This document shows positions 17,415 to 26,065 of a DNA stretch of 64,000 nt, one piece after another (position 1 is the stretch's first letter; each line of letters opens with the position of its first letter). A model generated the notes under the pieces. That model made no database searches and was not told the origin of the DNA. It worked only from the letters and a program-made list of their open reading frames with translations. The stretch lies in the IMG/VR virus record IMGVR_UViG_3300028146_000001, positions 1,381-65,380 of that record. One strand, given 5' to 3'. The stretch comes from a virus (taxonomy: Duplodnaviria; Caudoviricetes). A program made the position numbers and the translations under genes.

Positions 17415-19702
17415 TATTGACCCCCGCCGCCATCGGTCGGAACAAAACCTTCCCAGAGCCACTGATAGAGCTTGATCTGATCGGCATTCGAGAAACCTTG
17501 CAACTCGAACTGACGATACGTGGCCCCTTGAATGAAGTAGTCTTTCCCTTGCGGCTGTTCTCTTTGTAGCCAGCCGCCTTTCTTTGTCAGATCGAGCATC
17601 AGATCGCCGCTTCCCTTAACCGACTCAATTCCACCGCCCGCTTCGGACTTTTGATCGGCTTGCTGAATATCGGGAGTGTCGGAAAAGTCGGTAAAGAAGC
17701 GGAGGTCCGCCGTCGCCGGTTGCTTGAGCGGTTCAAACAGCATTTCAAACCGGCGCTGCATCATCTTTTCGGACGGAGCCATGCGGAGCCAAGAAGATCG
17801 GTACGTCCAACCGACACCGCCAAGCTGATACACCGACGACGTATCCGGCAGAATGTTCCAAGGCCGGTCAATCGCAAGATCGGTCCCATCTACTCCGATA
17901 ATCCTTCGGACTTGTCCCTTGCCGGTTCCTTTGGTGATTGCGACGGCGGCATTGAGGATGCCCGTTGCTGGAAACGAAGCCAAAGTATCCCCCAGCGAAT
18001 ACGCCGCAGCATCCGTGACGATCCCTTGCACGGTGTATCCCTTGTCAGTTCGCGCGACATCAAGCGTGCCGCTCCACGCCGCAAAGACTCTGGCATGTTG
18101 ACCACCATAGTAGTTCTGAGGATTTCCGTTGAAGCCGTTGATGTAACCGGAGCAAGAACCCCCGATTGGGAAGGGGTATTCTTCTATCCAAAAACGCTGC
18201 AAACGATGTTGGTAAGCGATAGCATGACGCGGGTATCGGTTTCCGTCCAGACAAACAAACCACCGCATCACTTCCCGCGAGCGGTCAAGCATCGAATGGA
18301 AGTTTTCCTTCCACCGCCAGTTGATATTCGCGTCAATGCCCTCCCGCTCTTGCCGGAACAAAGACGACACCTGTAGCGAAATCGGCTCGCTTCGCGAGTT
18401 CAGGTCGAACTTGTGAACGCCCAACTCGTCGAGCATGTACGCCGACTGTTCGAGGATGATCCAAGATCGCGGATTCACCGCCCCGCGTTCGCTGACGAGA
18501 TACCTTCCCCCATCCGTGGCAGGGTCTTTGGAGAACGTGATCTTGTGGATGTGCTTCTTTTCCACCACGAAGATAAACGAGCCAAGCTGCATCGGCCCGA
18601 CCAATTCATCTCCCGTTTCCGGCATCGACAAGCCGTTAGTCGCTGGCCACGATTGAGGTTGACCGGCCATCGTATACGCGACGACGCGGCGATAAGCGGG
18701 AGGCGGCTTGATCGCATAGAAGTTGAACAGGCTTGTCGAGTCCGCGTAGTTCTCGGTCAAAAGCAACGTCTGCGCCGTGGCGTTCACGGATGCGATTTCA
18801 TAAACGCGGGTCGCTCCATCGACGTAAAGGAACCGCGTTCGCATGGTCGATTTCCAAGCCGTCCCCGCTCCCACAACGGTTTTCGAGCCGAACGTCACCG
18901 AGCAAGCGCCGATGTTGTATTCGAGGATGCCGCAGGCAAACATCCGGTCAAGCTGTTGAGCCACCGCTTTGTAGTAATTGAGCGGTTTAGCATGGGAGTT
19001 CGCGAAAGGCTGTTGGTCCGAGTCCAGAATCGGGACCGCTTCTCTTGCTTGAAGCAAACTGTCTATGCGGGAAGAAGAGAAGGTCGATCCGGTCAAATTC
19101 GTCGTATCCACGTCCACGTAGAATACCGTCGCTTGACCGTCCGTGTTGCGGAGGATTTGCCGACGTGCCACCTTCGCTTCGGTCGGAACCTGCACGTTCG
19201 AGTAGTTGATCGTCGCGATGCCGCTGATCCATGTTCCGCCCCCGTTGTAATCGTCGGTCCCGTGGGAATTGTCCAAGGAAAAATGATTGGCGTCTACCGC
19301 CGTTATCTGCCACGTATTGTTCGCGGAAGTATTCCCGCCGACGCCGCTGATCTTGACATACGCCCCCGTGGGGAGGCCATGAGCCGCCGAGGTTATCACA
19401 ATCGGAGAAGCATTGGTCGCCGCCGTAATGGTCCCCGTACTTCCAGAAGCGGTCAACGCGGCAGAGATCGGAGAGAGATCGGACACGACCAAACCGGCAG
19501 AATCGACGAAGCGGAGATATGCGTAGTAAGTGCCGACTATTGCGCCATTGCCGACGCCTGCCATTGTCACCGCGACCGTGGGAGGATCAATTCCAATAGG
19601 AACGAAGTCGGGACCAAGACCATCCCACATCACAGGATCGTCAATGCCGTTGAAGGCGAACAACGCCCCAGAATCTTGCTCCTGACACATGCTTTCTATC
19701 AT
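17414..19702 (-). CDS. tail nozzle/tubular protein B-like (P22 gp10/T7 gp12 class), lacking the usual N-terminus, with an FCCH-like insert
   Basis: Beta-propeller-type motifs (LFAFNGIDDPVMWDG, RVVAYT..GQPQSWP, GDELVG, RGAVNPRS, YMLDELGVH, ISLQV) and C-terminal YRSSWL. Confidence 0.7.
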   Translation of the reverse strand: MIESMCQEQDSGALFAFNGIDDPVMWDGLGPDFVPIGIDPPTVAVTMAGVGNGAIVGTYYAYLRFVDSAGLVVSDLSPISAALTASGSTGTITAATNASPIVITSAAHGLPTGAYVKISGVGGNTSANNTWQITAVDANHFSLDNSHGTDDYNGGGTWISGIATINYSNVQVPTEAKVARRQILRNTDGQATVFYVDVDTTNLTGSTFSSSRIDSLLQAREAVPILDSDQQPFANSHAKPLNYYKAVAQQLDRMFACGILEYNIGACSVTFGSKTVVGAGTAWKSTMRTRFLYVDGATRVYEIASVNATAQTLLLTENYADSTSLFNFYAIKPPPAYRRVVAYTMAGQPQSWPATNGLSMPETGDELVGPMQLGSFIFVVEKKHIHKITFSKDPATDGGRYLVSERGAVNPRSWIILEQSAYMLDELGVHKFDLNSRSEPISLQVSSLFRQEREGIDANINWRWKENFHSMLDRSREVMRWFVCLDGNRYPRHAIAYQHRLQRFWIEEYPFPIGGSCSGYINGFNGNPQNYYGGQHARVFAAWSGTLDVARTDKGYTVQGIVTDAAAYSLGDTLASFPATGILNAAVAITKGTGKGQVRRIIGVDGTDLAIDRPWNILPDTSSVYQLGGVGWTYRSSWLRMAPSEKMMQRRFEMLFEPLKQPATADLRFFTDFSDTPDIQQADQKSEAGGGIESVKGSGDLMLDLTKKGGWLQREQPQGKDYFIQGATYRQFELQGFSNADQIKLYQWLWEGFVPTDGGGGQ

Positions 19703-19779
19703 TTTGGAAAATCTTTCCCAAAAACAGAAAATTCGCCGTATTACATGAAAGGCGTGTAACGCTTCTGCGTATATGTCTG

Positions 19780-19888
19780 TAGCGGAGCAAGATTCGTCGA
19801 AGCTAACCGCAATGTTGTCAAGCCTTGCCCAGAGGAATCAACCACACGGCGCTTCCCGAACAAGGTCGCCTCGAATCTTGCTCCGCTA
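19780..19888. repeat. 17-bp perfect inverted repeat enclosing a structured 75-nt segment
   Basis: TAGCGGAGCAAGATTCG (19780-19796) and CGAATCTTGCTCCGCTA (19872-19888). Confidence 0.85.
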
Positions 19889-20095
19889 TTTTCCTGCCCC
19901 GTTGCTCAACGGGAAGGTGACAATTCCTTTTTCAATAAGCATCTTGGCCAGCGCTGGTATCTTTGCGGGCTTTTCTTTCGGTGGGCGTTTGCCTTTTCTC
20001 TTTGGCTTGGCCGATTCTCCTTGGTTGATTTGCTGCCCCGCCTTGAACGCAAACGCCCCAGGCCAAGGATCGTAGATCGGATGAAGGAATTTCAT
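19886..20095 (-). CDS. small basic hypothetical protein
   Basis: 69 aa, Lys-rich, follows the LamG gene. Confidence 0.5.
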   Translation of the reverse strand: MKFLHPIYDPWPGAFAFKAGQQINQGESAKPKRKGKRPPKEKPAKIPALAKMLIEKGIVTFPLSNGAGK

Positions 20096-20101
20096 GGTTT
20101 C

Positions 20102-21103
20102 TCACTTCGTTGTAAACGCAAGCTCTCTTCCTGTCTCAATCACCACCGCTCCATTCGAGGACGTTTGCACAACCGGCGAATCACCGCCAATCGCCAACCC
20201 CCCAGACGTGGTGAACGTGAACGTCGAATGAACCGTTGTCCCATTGCCACCCAGCGCTAAACCGCCGCTTGTCGTATATCGGTAGTTCGCCGCCGCCACC
20301 GTCTGATCGCCACCCAGAGCCAAGCCACCGCTGGTTGTCAGATGGTACGCCGCCGAAACTATTGTAGCCGATCCACCCAGAGCCAAGCCGCCACTCGTTG
20401 TCCAGTTGTATGCGGTCGCTGCCGTGGTTTGATCCCCACCCAACGCCAAACCACCATCGCTCGATTGAAAGTAGGACGTGTTGATAACCGCCGAATGATT
20501 CGTGATGACCGGCCCGATTTGCCCCGCGTCCCCCGTGGAGAGGGAAGAGTAAAAGATGATCGCCGCATTCTGAATCGAAGTCGCGAGCGTGCCGGTCCCA
20601 ACCGCAAACGCTTCTGCCGCCGTCAAGGTGACGTTCCACACGGTAAGTTCAGCCATCGAGCCATCGTCGAAGCCGGAAGCCCCATCCGAATAGGCCAGCG
20701 CCGTTACCGTGGGAGCCACGTTCGGAGGATTGGTCCCCGTCGCCGTCGAGTTCAAGATGCCGTTCAAGTAAACCGATAGCGTTGTCCCATCCCACGTAAC
20801 GCAGAAATGCAGCCACGTATTCGCGGGAGGCGTGCCGACAATTTGAGCGCGGCAAGCGCCGCCAGCGCCTTGAAGATGAACGAACGATTGAAACACCGCT
20901 GCGTTTGGATGATCCCAGGTCATGCCAATATCTTGCGTTGAGCCGCCGCCCGCATCAAGGCCCATCGGGTTTGTCGTACCGCCTGAATTGTTCGGTACGT
21001 GAGTGGCCTTGTACCAAAAGCTGTACGAATACGAGCCGACCGGAATTGAGATAGTTGCAGCCGTCGCGAGATAGTGAGCGATGCCATCGCCGGTAGCAGA
21101 CAT
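20102..21103 (-). CDS. LamG/concanavalin-A-like domain virion protein with C-terminal 21-aa repeats
   Basis: TWLHFCVTWDGTTLSVYLNG, DGSMAELTVWNVTLT; repeats of SGGLALGG. Confidence 0.8.
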   Translation of the reverse strand: MSATGDGIAHYLATAATISIPVGSYSYSFWYKATHVPNNSGGTTNPMGLDAGGGSTQDIGMTWDHPNAAVFQSFVHLQGAGGACRAQIVGTPPANTWLHFCVTWDGTTLSVYLNGILNSTATGTNPPNVAPTVTALAYSDGASGFDDGSMAELTVWNVTLTAAEAFAVGTGTLATSIQNAAIIFYSSLSTGDAGQIGPVITNHSAVINTSYFQSSDGGLALGGDQTTAATAYNWTTSGGLALGGSATIVSAAYHLTTSGGLALGGDQTVAAANYRYTTSGGLALGGNGTTVHSTFTFTTSGGLAIGGDSPVVQTSSNGAVVIETGRELAFTTK

Positions 21104-21106
21104 GGG

Positions 21107-21328
21107 CTACTCCTTGGCGATGTAGATTGGTTCTGGAAGATCGTCAACGGAAATGAGATCATCGGCGGACGCATGGCGTTTCAAGATTCCGCGTTGACGT
21201 AGCTCCTCAATGAGCTTAATGCTGTTGGTCAAACTTTCTACCCGTTCACTAGCCCGCTCGCGAAAAAAATTTCGCATCGTGCCGTCAACTAACTCTGTCC
21301 AGGTAGGTTTCTTTTCGTTGGTGTCCAT
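21107..21328 (-). CDS. hypothetical protein
   Basis: Packed in the operon. Confidence 0.5.
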   Translation of the reverse strand: MDTNEKKPTWTELVDGTMRNFFRERASERVESLTNSIKLIEELRQRGILKRHASADDLISVDDLPEPIYIAKE

Positions 21329-21369
21329 GCAAACATTATGCGCAACGAAACGGAGAAGTGCAAGCCGCT

Positions 21370-21687
21370 CTATTGCTTGAGCGCCATATCCAAGAGAACA
21401 TCAGGAATGCCTGCAATTCGTTTTTGCGGCAAGTCCTGATGATCGGTGACAGGAACGAGATTGGGTTGATCGGGAGAAACTTCCACATTGAACGCCGTGC
21501 CATGCAGCAGCATGACGAGATTGTTCCCGTCAGGATCGACAACGTGAATCAGATCGGGCTTCGCGGCGAAAGGCCCATCGGCCTTTTGGCCGAACGTGAA
21601 GATGCCGACCGTCCGACCGTCCTTGGCGTGCATTGCGCCGGGAAAGTCGCCGTCGAACTTGACCCATTGACCATTCCGCAGTTTCAT
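21370..21687 (-). CDS. hypothetical protein
   Basis: AAGGG RBS. Confidence 0.55.
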   Translation of the reverse strand: MKLRNGQWVKFDGDFPGAMHAKDGRTVGIFTFGQKADGPFAAKPDLIHVVDPDGNNLVMLLHGTAFNVEVSPDQPNLVPVTDHQDLPQKRIAGIPDVLLDMALKQ

Positions 21688-21696
21688 AAGTTGCCC

Positions 21697-22137
21697 TTAT
21701 ATGTGCGTAAATTGCAGTTTTGGTGTCACGGTTATCGAGTCCCCCGCTCCGGTCAGTCCGACCAGAGGCTTGCCAGCGCCGAACGCCTGAGACGCGAAGC
21801 AAATACCAGCCGTGGGAGCGGCGTAATACACCCCGTAAACCGTTTGGTCGCTTCCCGTGGCCGATGCCGTGTAGGTCGCATTGGTCCCGTAGGTTGAAAA
21901 ACCGATATTGCTGGAAGTCGTCGGCACAGCCCACGTTCCTGCCGACTGAGAACTTGTCAGCGTTACCGAGGCGTAGCCGGTGAAGTCGGCAATCGTGTAC
22001 GTTGCCAAAACGTCTGTTTCAGCAGGCGTGATATTGTTCTTGAACAGCCGCAAAGACATATCCTCTGACCCCGCATTGGAGTAGAGGACTCTTTTAGCTG
22101 CCCATATTTTTCCTTCATTCGGAATCATGAGTGACAT
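21697..22137 (-). CDS. small fibre/structural subunit
   Basis: IPNEG...LRLFKNNITP..TD...YT.ADFTGYASVTL...VYGVY...ITVTP pattern of a common phage structural family. Confidence 0.65.
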   Translation of the reverse strand: MSLMIPNEGKIWAAKRVLYSNAGSEDMSLRLFKNNITPAETDVLATYTIADFTGYASVTLTSSQSAGTWAVPTTSSNIGFSTYGTNATYTASATGSDQTVYGVYYAAPTAGICFASQAFGAGKPLVGLTGAGDSITVTPKLQFTHI

Positions 22138-22138
22138 A

Positions 22139-22564
22139 TCAGTTCACCTTTGGATTCTTTCCCTTGAGGAGCAAACCAGATTCAACCTGGAAAACAATAT
22201 GGTCCGCCGATGGGTTATGAAGATAAATCATAGCGAGAACTTGGCCTTTTGGATCGCCGCCCGCCATAATTTCCAGCGTCCGACTCACGATGAACGCTTG
22301 GCCGGAAACAAGGTATACCATCTCGACCGAATGAGTTCCCACGGAGAAACCAATCCCCAGCAACAGCCGCGAGCAGAATAATCCTATCGCCACTCCCGCT
22401 TTCTCCACAATCGGCATCAGGCCCGTGTAGACCACAGCATTATCCGAGGACCGACGAATCTTGATCGTGGGGACCGCATCGGGAAGTGTTGGCGTGCGGG
22501 AAGCATCGACGCAATTCAAGTACACGTCGAGCCACGTCCCAAGTTGTTGACGACCGAGAAACAT
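22139..22564 (-). CDS. structural protein (beta-sandwich), possible paralog of 25124-25636
   Basis: MFLG vs MFVG starts; similar P-x-(I/Y)-(K/R)-(I/V) pattern. Confidence 0.55.
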   Translation of the reverse strand: MFLGRQQLGTWLDVYLNCVDASRTPTLPDAVPTIKIRRSSDNAVVYTGLMPIVEKAGVAIGLFCSRLLLGIGFSVGTHSVEMVYLVSGQAFIVSRTLEIMAGGDPKGQVLAMIYLHNPSADHIVFQVESGLLLKGKNPKVN

Positions 22565-25164
22565 TATTGAGTACCATTAACTTTCAAACCGCAAAACGAA
22601 TTAGCTACAGGAGTCCCAGGTTGCAATGGTCCGGTCGATATGTCGCCTCGAAGGTCAACATTAAGAGGCTGACCGCTTCCAAAGAACCCCCACCTTCGAC
22701 CGATGTTTGACGTTAGCCTTCCCGTGTTGCTAAACGCCTGTTGAATCTCAAGGTAATTGATGCCCGACACTCCGTGCGCTATGCCCGTGTCCATCGACAT
22801 CGTATCAATTTCCAAGTAGCCCAAGCCGCCGTCGATTTCCACATTTCCGCCAGGAGTCGGGGAAGAATTGTTGCTTCGCGTAGCCCATATCCGGCCAAAC
22901 GAACTTACCGCTTCGATTTGAACTTTTCCAGCCGCCGCAGCGCCAGCCGAAAAGCTGTAACTGGCATTGATACTTGGGATGTTTCTCTCGATCTGAACAC
23001 CAGACTGGAAATCATCAGGATCAACGTAATAATGCCGCCATGCACCGCATGTTCCAATTGCAGGATTCATTCTCTCCCAAAGAACCGGAAGATCGTCACT
23101 ATGCAAGGCATCGTTGACAAGCCAAAACGCTGACACGTCGGCAATATAATCCGTGTACGGCAGTCGGTTGAATTGATTGCAGACAAGGCGAAGATTCGGA
23201 TAGTTGGCGGCGATGCCATCGAATACCGGAACGATAGTGCAAACGTATAAGTAAAGCCGATCATCCGACCTTACCGTGGAATCGGCATTCCATGACTCAC
23301 CGACAACTTTCAAGTTGACCCTTCCGTTTACCGTGGTCAACTGATGACCTCTCTGCGCCCCGCCCAATTCACCATTCGTTCTTGCCGTGGCGCTCCACCA
23401 ATTCAGGTAGAACAACTGAGGAACAACGGTAGCGGGGTTTGAGTACACCGGAACATGAAGGAAAATGTCGGCTGGAACGCCCCATCGAACCGTGCTTTGA
23501 GCGCTCATATCCCCAGACGTATATTGGAACGGGATCGGCGATGGAGCGTCCAGTTGCAAGAAACTTGGCGGGCCACTTATCGCCCCATTGGTCGGCAGAA
23601 CCTTTACGTTCCGGTAGCCGCCGGAAACAACGTCGATGCAGTACAAGGTAACTCTGGAATCAGACGCCAGCACGCCAGGAAGATCGGCAGGCACAAAGTA
23701 AAGCCGGTTTCCGCTCCCCAAACTATCCGTCGAATTTTGAAACGCAATCGGATTAACGCTGACTCTTCCTTGATTGATCGGCGGACCTGCGCTCGTCGAA
23801 AGCAGAACTTGATCCGTCTGCGAAATCATCGCCGTGTTGATTTGCCCAGCCGGTTCGCCAGGAGGATTCGGATTGCCTGGAAACGTATAGGCGACTGGCA
23901 AATTGAAGGGGGGAGCTTCTTGCGCGATCGGCGTCTCGTTCACCCTTACCGTCACCGGAAGCGGCGTGTTCTGTATGATCGGGCCAAGAGCGCCGGAAGA
24001 TGCAACCGTTCTTGTCGTCGAAATATTCCACGCTTGCGCAAGAGACTGTTCGGCGGTATCCGCTTTGGGAGGACCAAGAATTCCCGTTGGACCTGAAAGC
24101 GGAACGCCCGTCGCAACCACGCCAGGAAGCGGACCAACGAGCGGGCCAGCCACATGATATGAAACATCAGCGCCGCCAGGATCGAGGCTTAGAAACGATC
24201 CGTCCGCATTGCCGTACCCGACATCGGTTCTCACAATCGCGTTGGAATTTGCATTGTAAAAACCAATGCCAGCTTCCAGCAAAACGCCAGCAGACTTGAT
24301 CCCATAGTAAACTTGAGCGCCGTCAGGGATCGAACTTTGCTTTTGATCGTTAAGAACCAAATCGCTCAAGCCGGAAGAATAAGTCGAACTCGTTCCGGTT
24401 GTTGGCGCTGACGGAAGAATCGGATGCAAGACGGTGAACTTTCCGCCGCTAATGTACACTCCGTTTCCCGCCACCGGAATACTGAACGTATCGGCGGTTA
24501 GCTTGGTGATCGGGTTGGCCGGTATCGCAGCCGTCCCATTCGCCGCCGTGTTTCCCAAAACGCCGCTGATGACAACAACATCACCCGTTGAAAGTCCATG
24601 AGCAACAGACGTAATAACGATGGGGTTGGCGTTCGTGGCATCCGTGATCTGCGAACCGGAAACAACAACAAAGGTTCCCCCAGACGTGTACGAGTGATTC
24701 CCCGTCGAGCCGACCAACGAAAATCGGTTCGCATCAACCACCGCGACAACCCACGTTCCATTCGCCGCCGTGTTCCCGACGATGCCGGTAATGGAAACGC
24801 TCATGCCACTGGTAAGACCGTGACTTGCCGACGTAACGACAATCGGAGAAGCATTCGATGCCGCCGTGATAACTCCCGTAGCCATCGAGGTAGAAGACCA
24901 CGTTCCGCCCGACAAGTAAGCGCCGGACCCAGCAGCGACAATCGAAAAGTTGTTGGCGTCCACAACGGTAATGATCCAAGTTCCGTTGGCGATGGTCGGA
25001 CCAACGACACCGCTAATGACCACAGTGTTTCCCGTCGAAAGACCATGCAAGGCCGACGTGAAAATCTGGATGCCGCTGCCGTAGGTCATGTTTGAGATCG
25101 AACCAGTCGCCATCACAGACTCCTTAGATAACCCCGAAGCGATACGTTTGCTCCCACGCCACAC
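22564..25164 (-). CDS. tail fibre/receptor-binding protein with three N-terminal FCCH-like repeats (an ATG start at 25113 is plausible)
   Basis: Three ~75-aa repeats I(S/T).A.NA.PIV.TS..HGL.TG..V.I.GV.GNTAANG; AAGGAG before MATGSIS. Confidence 0.7.
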   Translation of the reverse strand: MWRGSKRIASGLSKESVMATGSISNMTYGSGIQIFTSALHGLSTGNTVVISGVVGPTIANGTWIITVVDANNFSIVAAGSGAYLSGGTWSSTSMATGVITAASNASPIVVTSASHGLTSGMSVSITGIVGNTAANGTWVVAVVDANRFSLVGSTGNHSYTSGGTFVVVSGSQITDATNANPIVITSVAHGLSTGDVVVISGVLGNTAANGTAAIPANPITKLTADTFSIPVAGNGVYISGGKFTVLHPILPSAPTTGTSSTYSSGLSDLVLNDQKQSSIPDGAQVYYGIKSAGVLLEAGIGFYNANSNAIVRTDVGYGNADGSFLSLDPGGADVSYHVAGPLVGPLPGVVATGVPLSGPTGILGPPKADTAEQSLAQAWNISTTRTVASSGALGPIIQNTPLPVTVRVNETPIAQEAPPFNLPVAYTFPGNPNPPGEPAGQINTAMISQTDQVLLSTSAGPPINQGRVSVNPIAFQNSTDSLGSGNRLYFVPADLPGVLASDSRVTLYCIDVVSGGYRNVKVLPTNGAISGPPSFLQLDAPSPIPFQYTSGDMSAQSTVRWGVPADIFLHVPVYSNPATVVPQLFYLNWWSATARTNGELGGAQRGHQLTTVNGRVNLKVVGESWNADSTVRSDDRLYLYVCTIVPVFDGIAANYPNLRLVCNQFNRLPYTDYIADVSAFWLVNDALHSDDLPVLWERMNPAIGTCGAWRHYYVDPDDFQSGVQIERNIPSINASYSFSAGAAAAGKVQIEAVSSFGRIWATRSNNSSPTPGGNVEIDGGLGYLEIDTMSMDTGIAHGVSGINYLEIQQAFSNTGRLTSNIGRRWGFFGSGQPLNVDLRGDISTGPLQPGTPVANSFCGLKVNGTQ

Positions 25165-25636
25165 CGCTTATCGTAGCAATGCAGAGGACATCGTACCACT
25201 GACCTTGCGCATAGCCGCCGCCTTCCGTGGGCGTCAAACTGACCGTGTAGTATCCCGTGGTATTCCACGTCCCGCCCGAAGTCCACGCCCCGTTGCCGGT
25301 CGATCCGGTCAAAGAGAACGTATCCGCCGTCAGAACAATGATCGTAAACGTCCCGTTGGCCCCCGTGTTGCCAAGCGCCCCCGTGATCGTGACCTTCATT
25401 CCCGTGGTCAATCCATGACTGGCCGAGGTAATGACGATGGGAGCGGTATTCGACGCCCCCGTTACCGATCCGGTTTCTTTGAACGTGAGAGAGCCGGTCC
25501 CGCCCGATAGCAAACCGGCGTTACCGTAGACTCGATATGTCGGCGTAACCGATGACTGGATGGGAACTTGAGATGAATCAACGGTGAGAACCGGAAAGGT
25601 CATGGCATCACCAATCGGTACGAATCCTACGAACAT
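25124..25636 (-). CDS. structural protein with one FCCH-like domain
   Basis: VTGASNTAPIVITSASHGLTTGMKVTITGALGNTGANG; GAGGA RBS. Confidence 0.7.
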   Translation of the reverse strand: MFVGFVPIGDAMTFPVLTVDSSQVPIQSSVTPTYRVYGNAGLLSGGTGSLTFKETGSVTGASNTAPIVITSASHGLTTGMKVTITGALGNTGANGTFTIIVLTADTFSLTGSTGNGAWTSGGTWNTTGYYTVSLTPTEGGGYAQGQWYDVLCIATISGVAWEQTYRFGVI

Positions 25637-25650
25637 AGCGAATCCTCAAA

Positions 25651-25680
25651 TTCAGGTGTGTGGGGTGTACACCTGAAAAC
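25651..25680 (-). repeat. GGTGTACACC-N4-ACACC motif, copy 1 (also forms a hairpin)
   Basis: Minus strand GTTTTCAGGTGTACACCCCACACACCTGAA. Confidence 0.7.
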
Positions 25681-25857
25681 TCAATCCGAGAAAGTAACCT
25701 CGACCATTCCGAGACGAACCCGCATCTCGCCTTCAACGAGACAGCAAAGATTCCGCTGATCTTCCGCCGCCCCAGAATCCAAGTCGCGGGGGTCTTGATT
25801 GGTCATGATCCCAGGAAAATCAACCGCCGCTACTACCGGCGTTGCTGGACGTGGCAT
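25681..25857 (-). CDS. 58-aa ORF (missing from the ORF track) resembling the N-terminus of nozzle/gp10-like proteins
   Basis: MPRPATPVVAAVDFPGIMTNQDPRDLDSGAAEDQRNLCCLVEGEMRVRLGMVEVTFSD. Confidence 0.7.
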   Translation of the reverse strand: MPRPATPVVAAVDFPGIMTNQDPRDLDSGAAEDQRNLCCLVEGEMRVRLGMVEVTFSD

Positions 25858-25860
25858 AAA

Positions 25861-26064
25861 TCACCCGTGTTTTTGGAAAAACCTTTTTGCCTGCATCAAC
25901 CGAAACGCTTTGTTGTTGAACTGTTCGTTCCTCAGTTTTTCCTTGGCTTTCTTTTGCCGATCCCTGAACGACTTCGGTTTCTCTTCTGACTCAGACGCAA
26001 TGGTGCAGGTGTAGGTCTGCGAACATATCGAAAGCGCCCACAACTGAAAATCATTCAAGCCCAT
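25861..26064 (-). CDS. small basic hypothetical protein
   Basis: Starts 1 nt after the adaptor stop; GGGAG RBS. Confidence 0.5.
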   Translation of the reverse strand: MGLNDFQLWALSICSQTYTCTIASESEEKPKSFRDRQKKAKEKLRNEQFNNKAFRLMQAKRFFQKHG

Positions 26065-26065
26065 A

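Noticed and set aside
18413-19759. Long plus-strand ORFs opposite late genes (also 14262-15173, 32832-33875, 48732-49772)
   Set aside because: Arg-rich antisense shadows of GC3-biased real genes, with no RBS or motifs.
19703-19895. Frameshift or gene-60-like hop from the 69-aa ORF (GGA AAA TAG plus hairpin) into the nozzle ORF
   Set aside because: There is no canonical slippery heptamer. The two ORFs are in the same frame with TAG and a further TGA (19838-19840) between them, and the upstream in-frame extension does not look like nozzle sequence.
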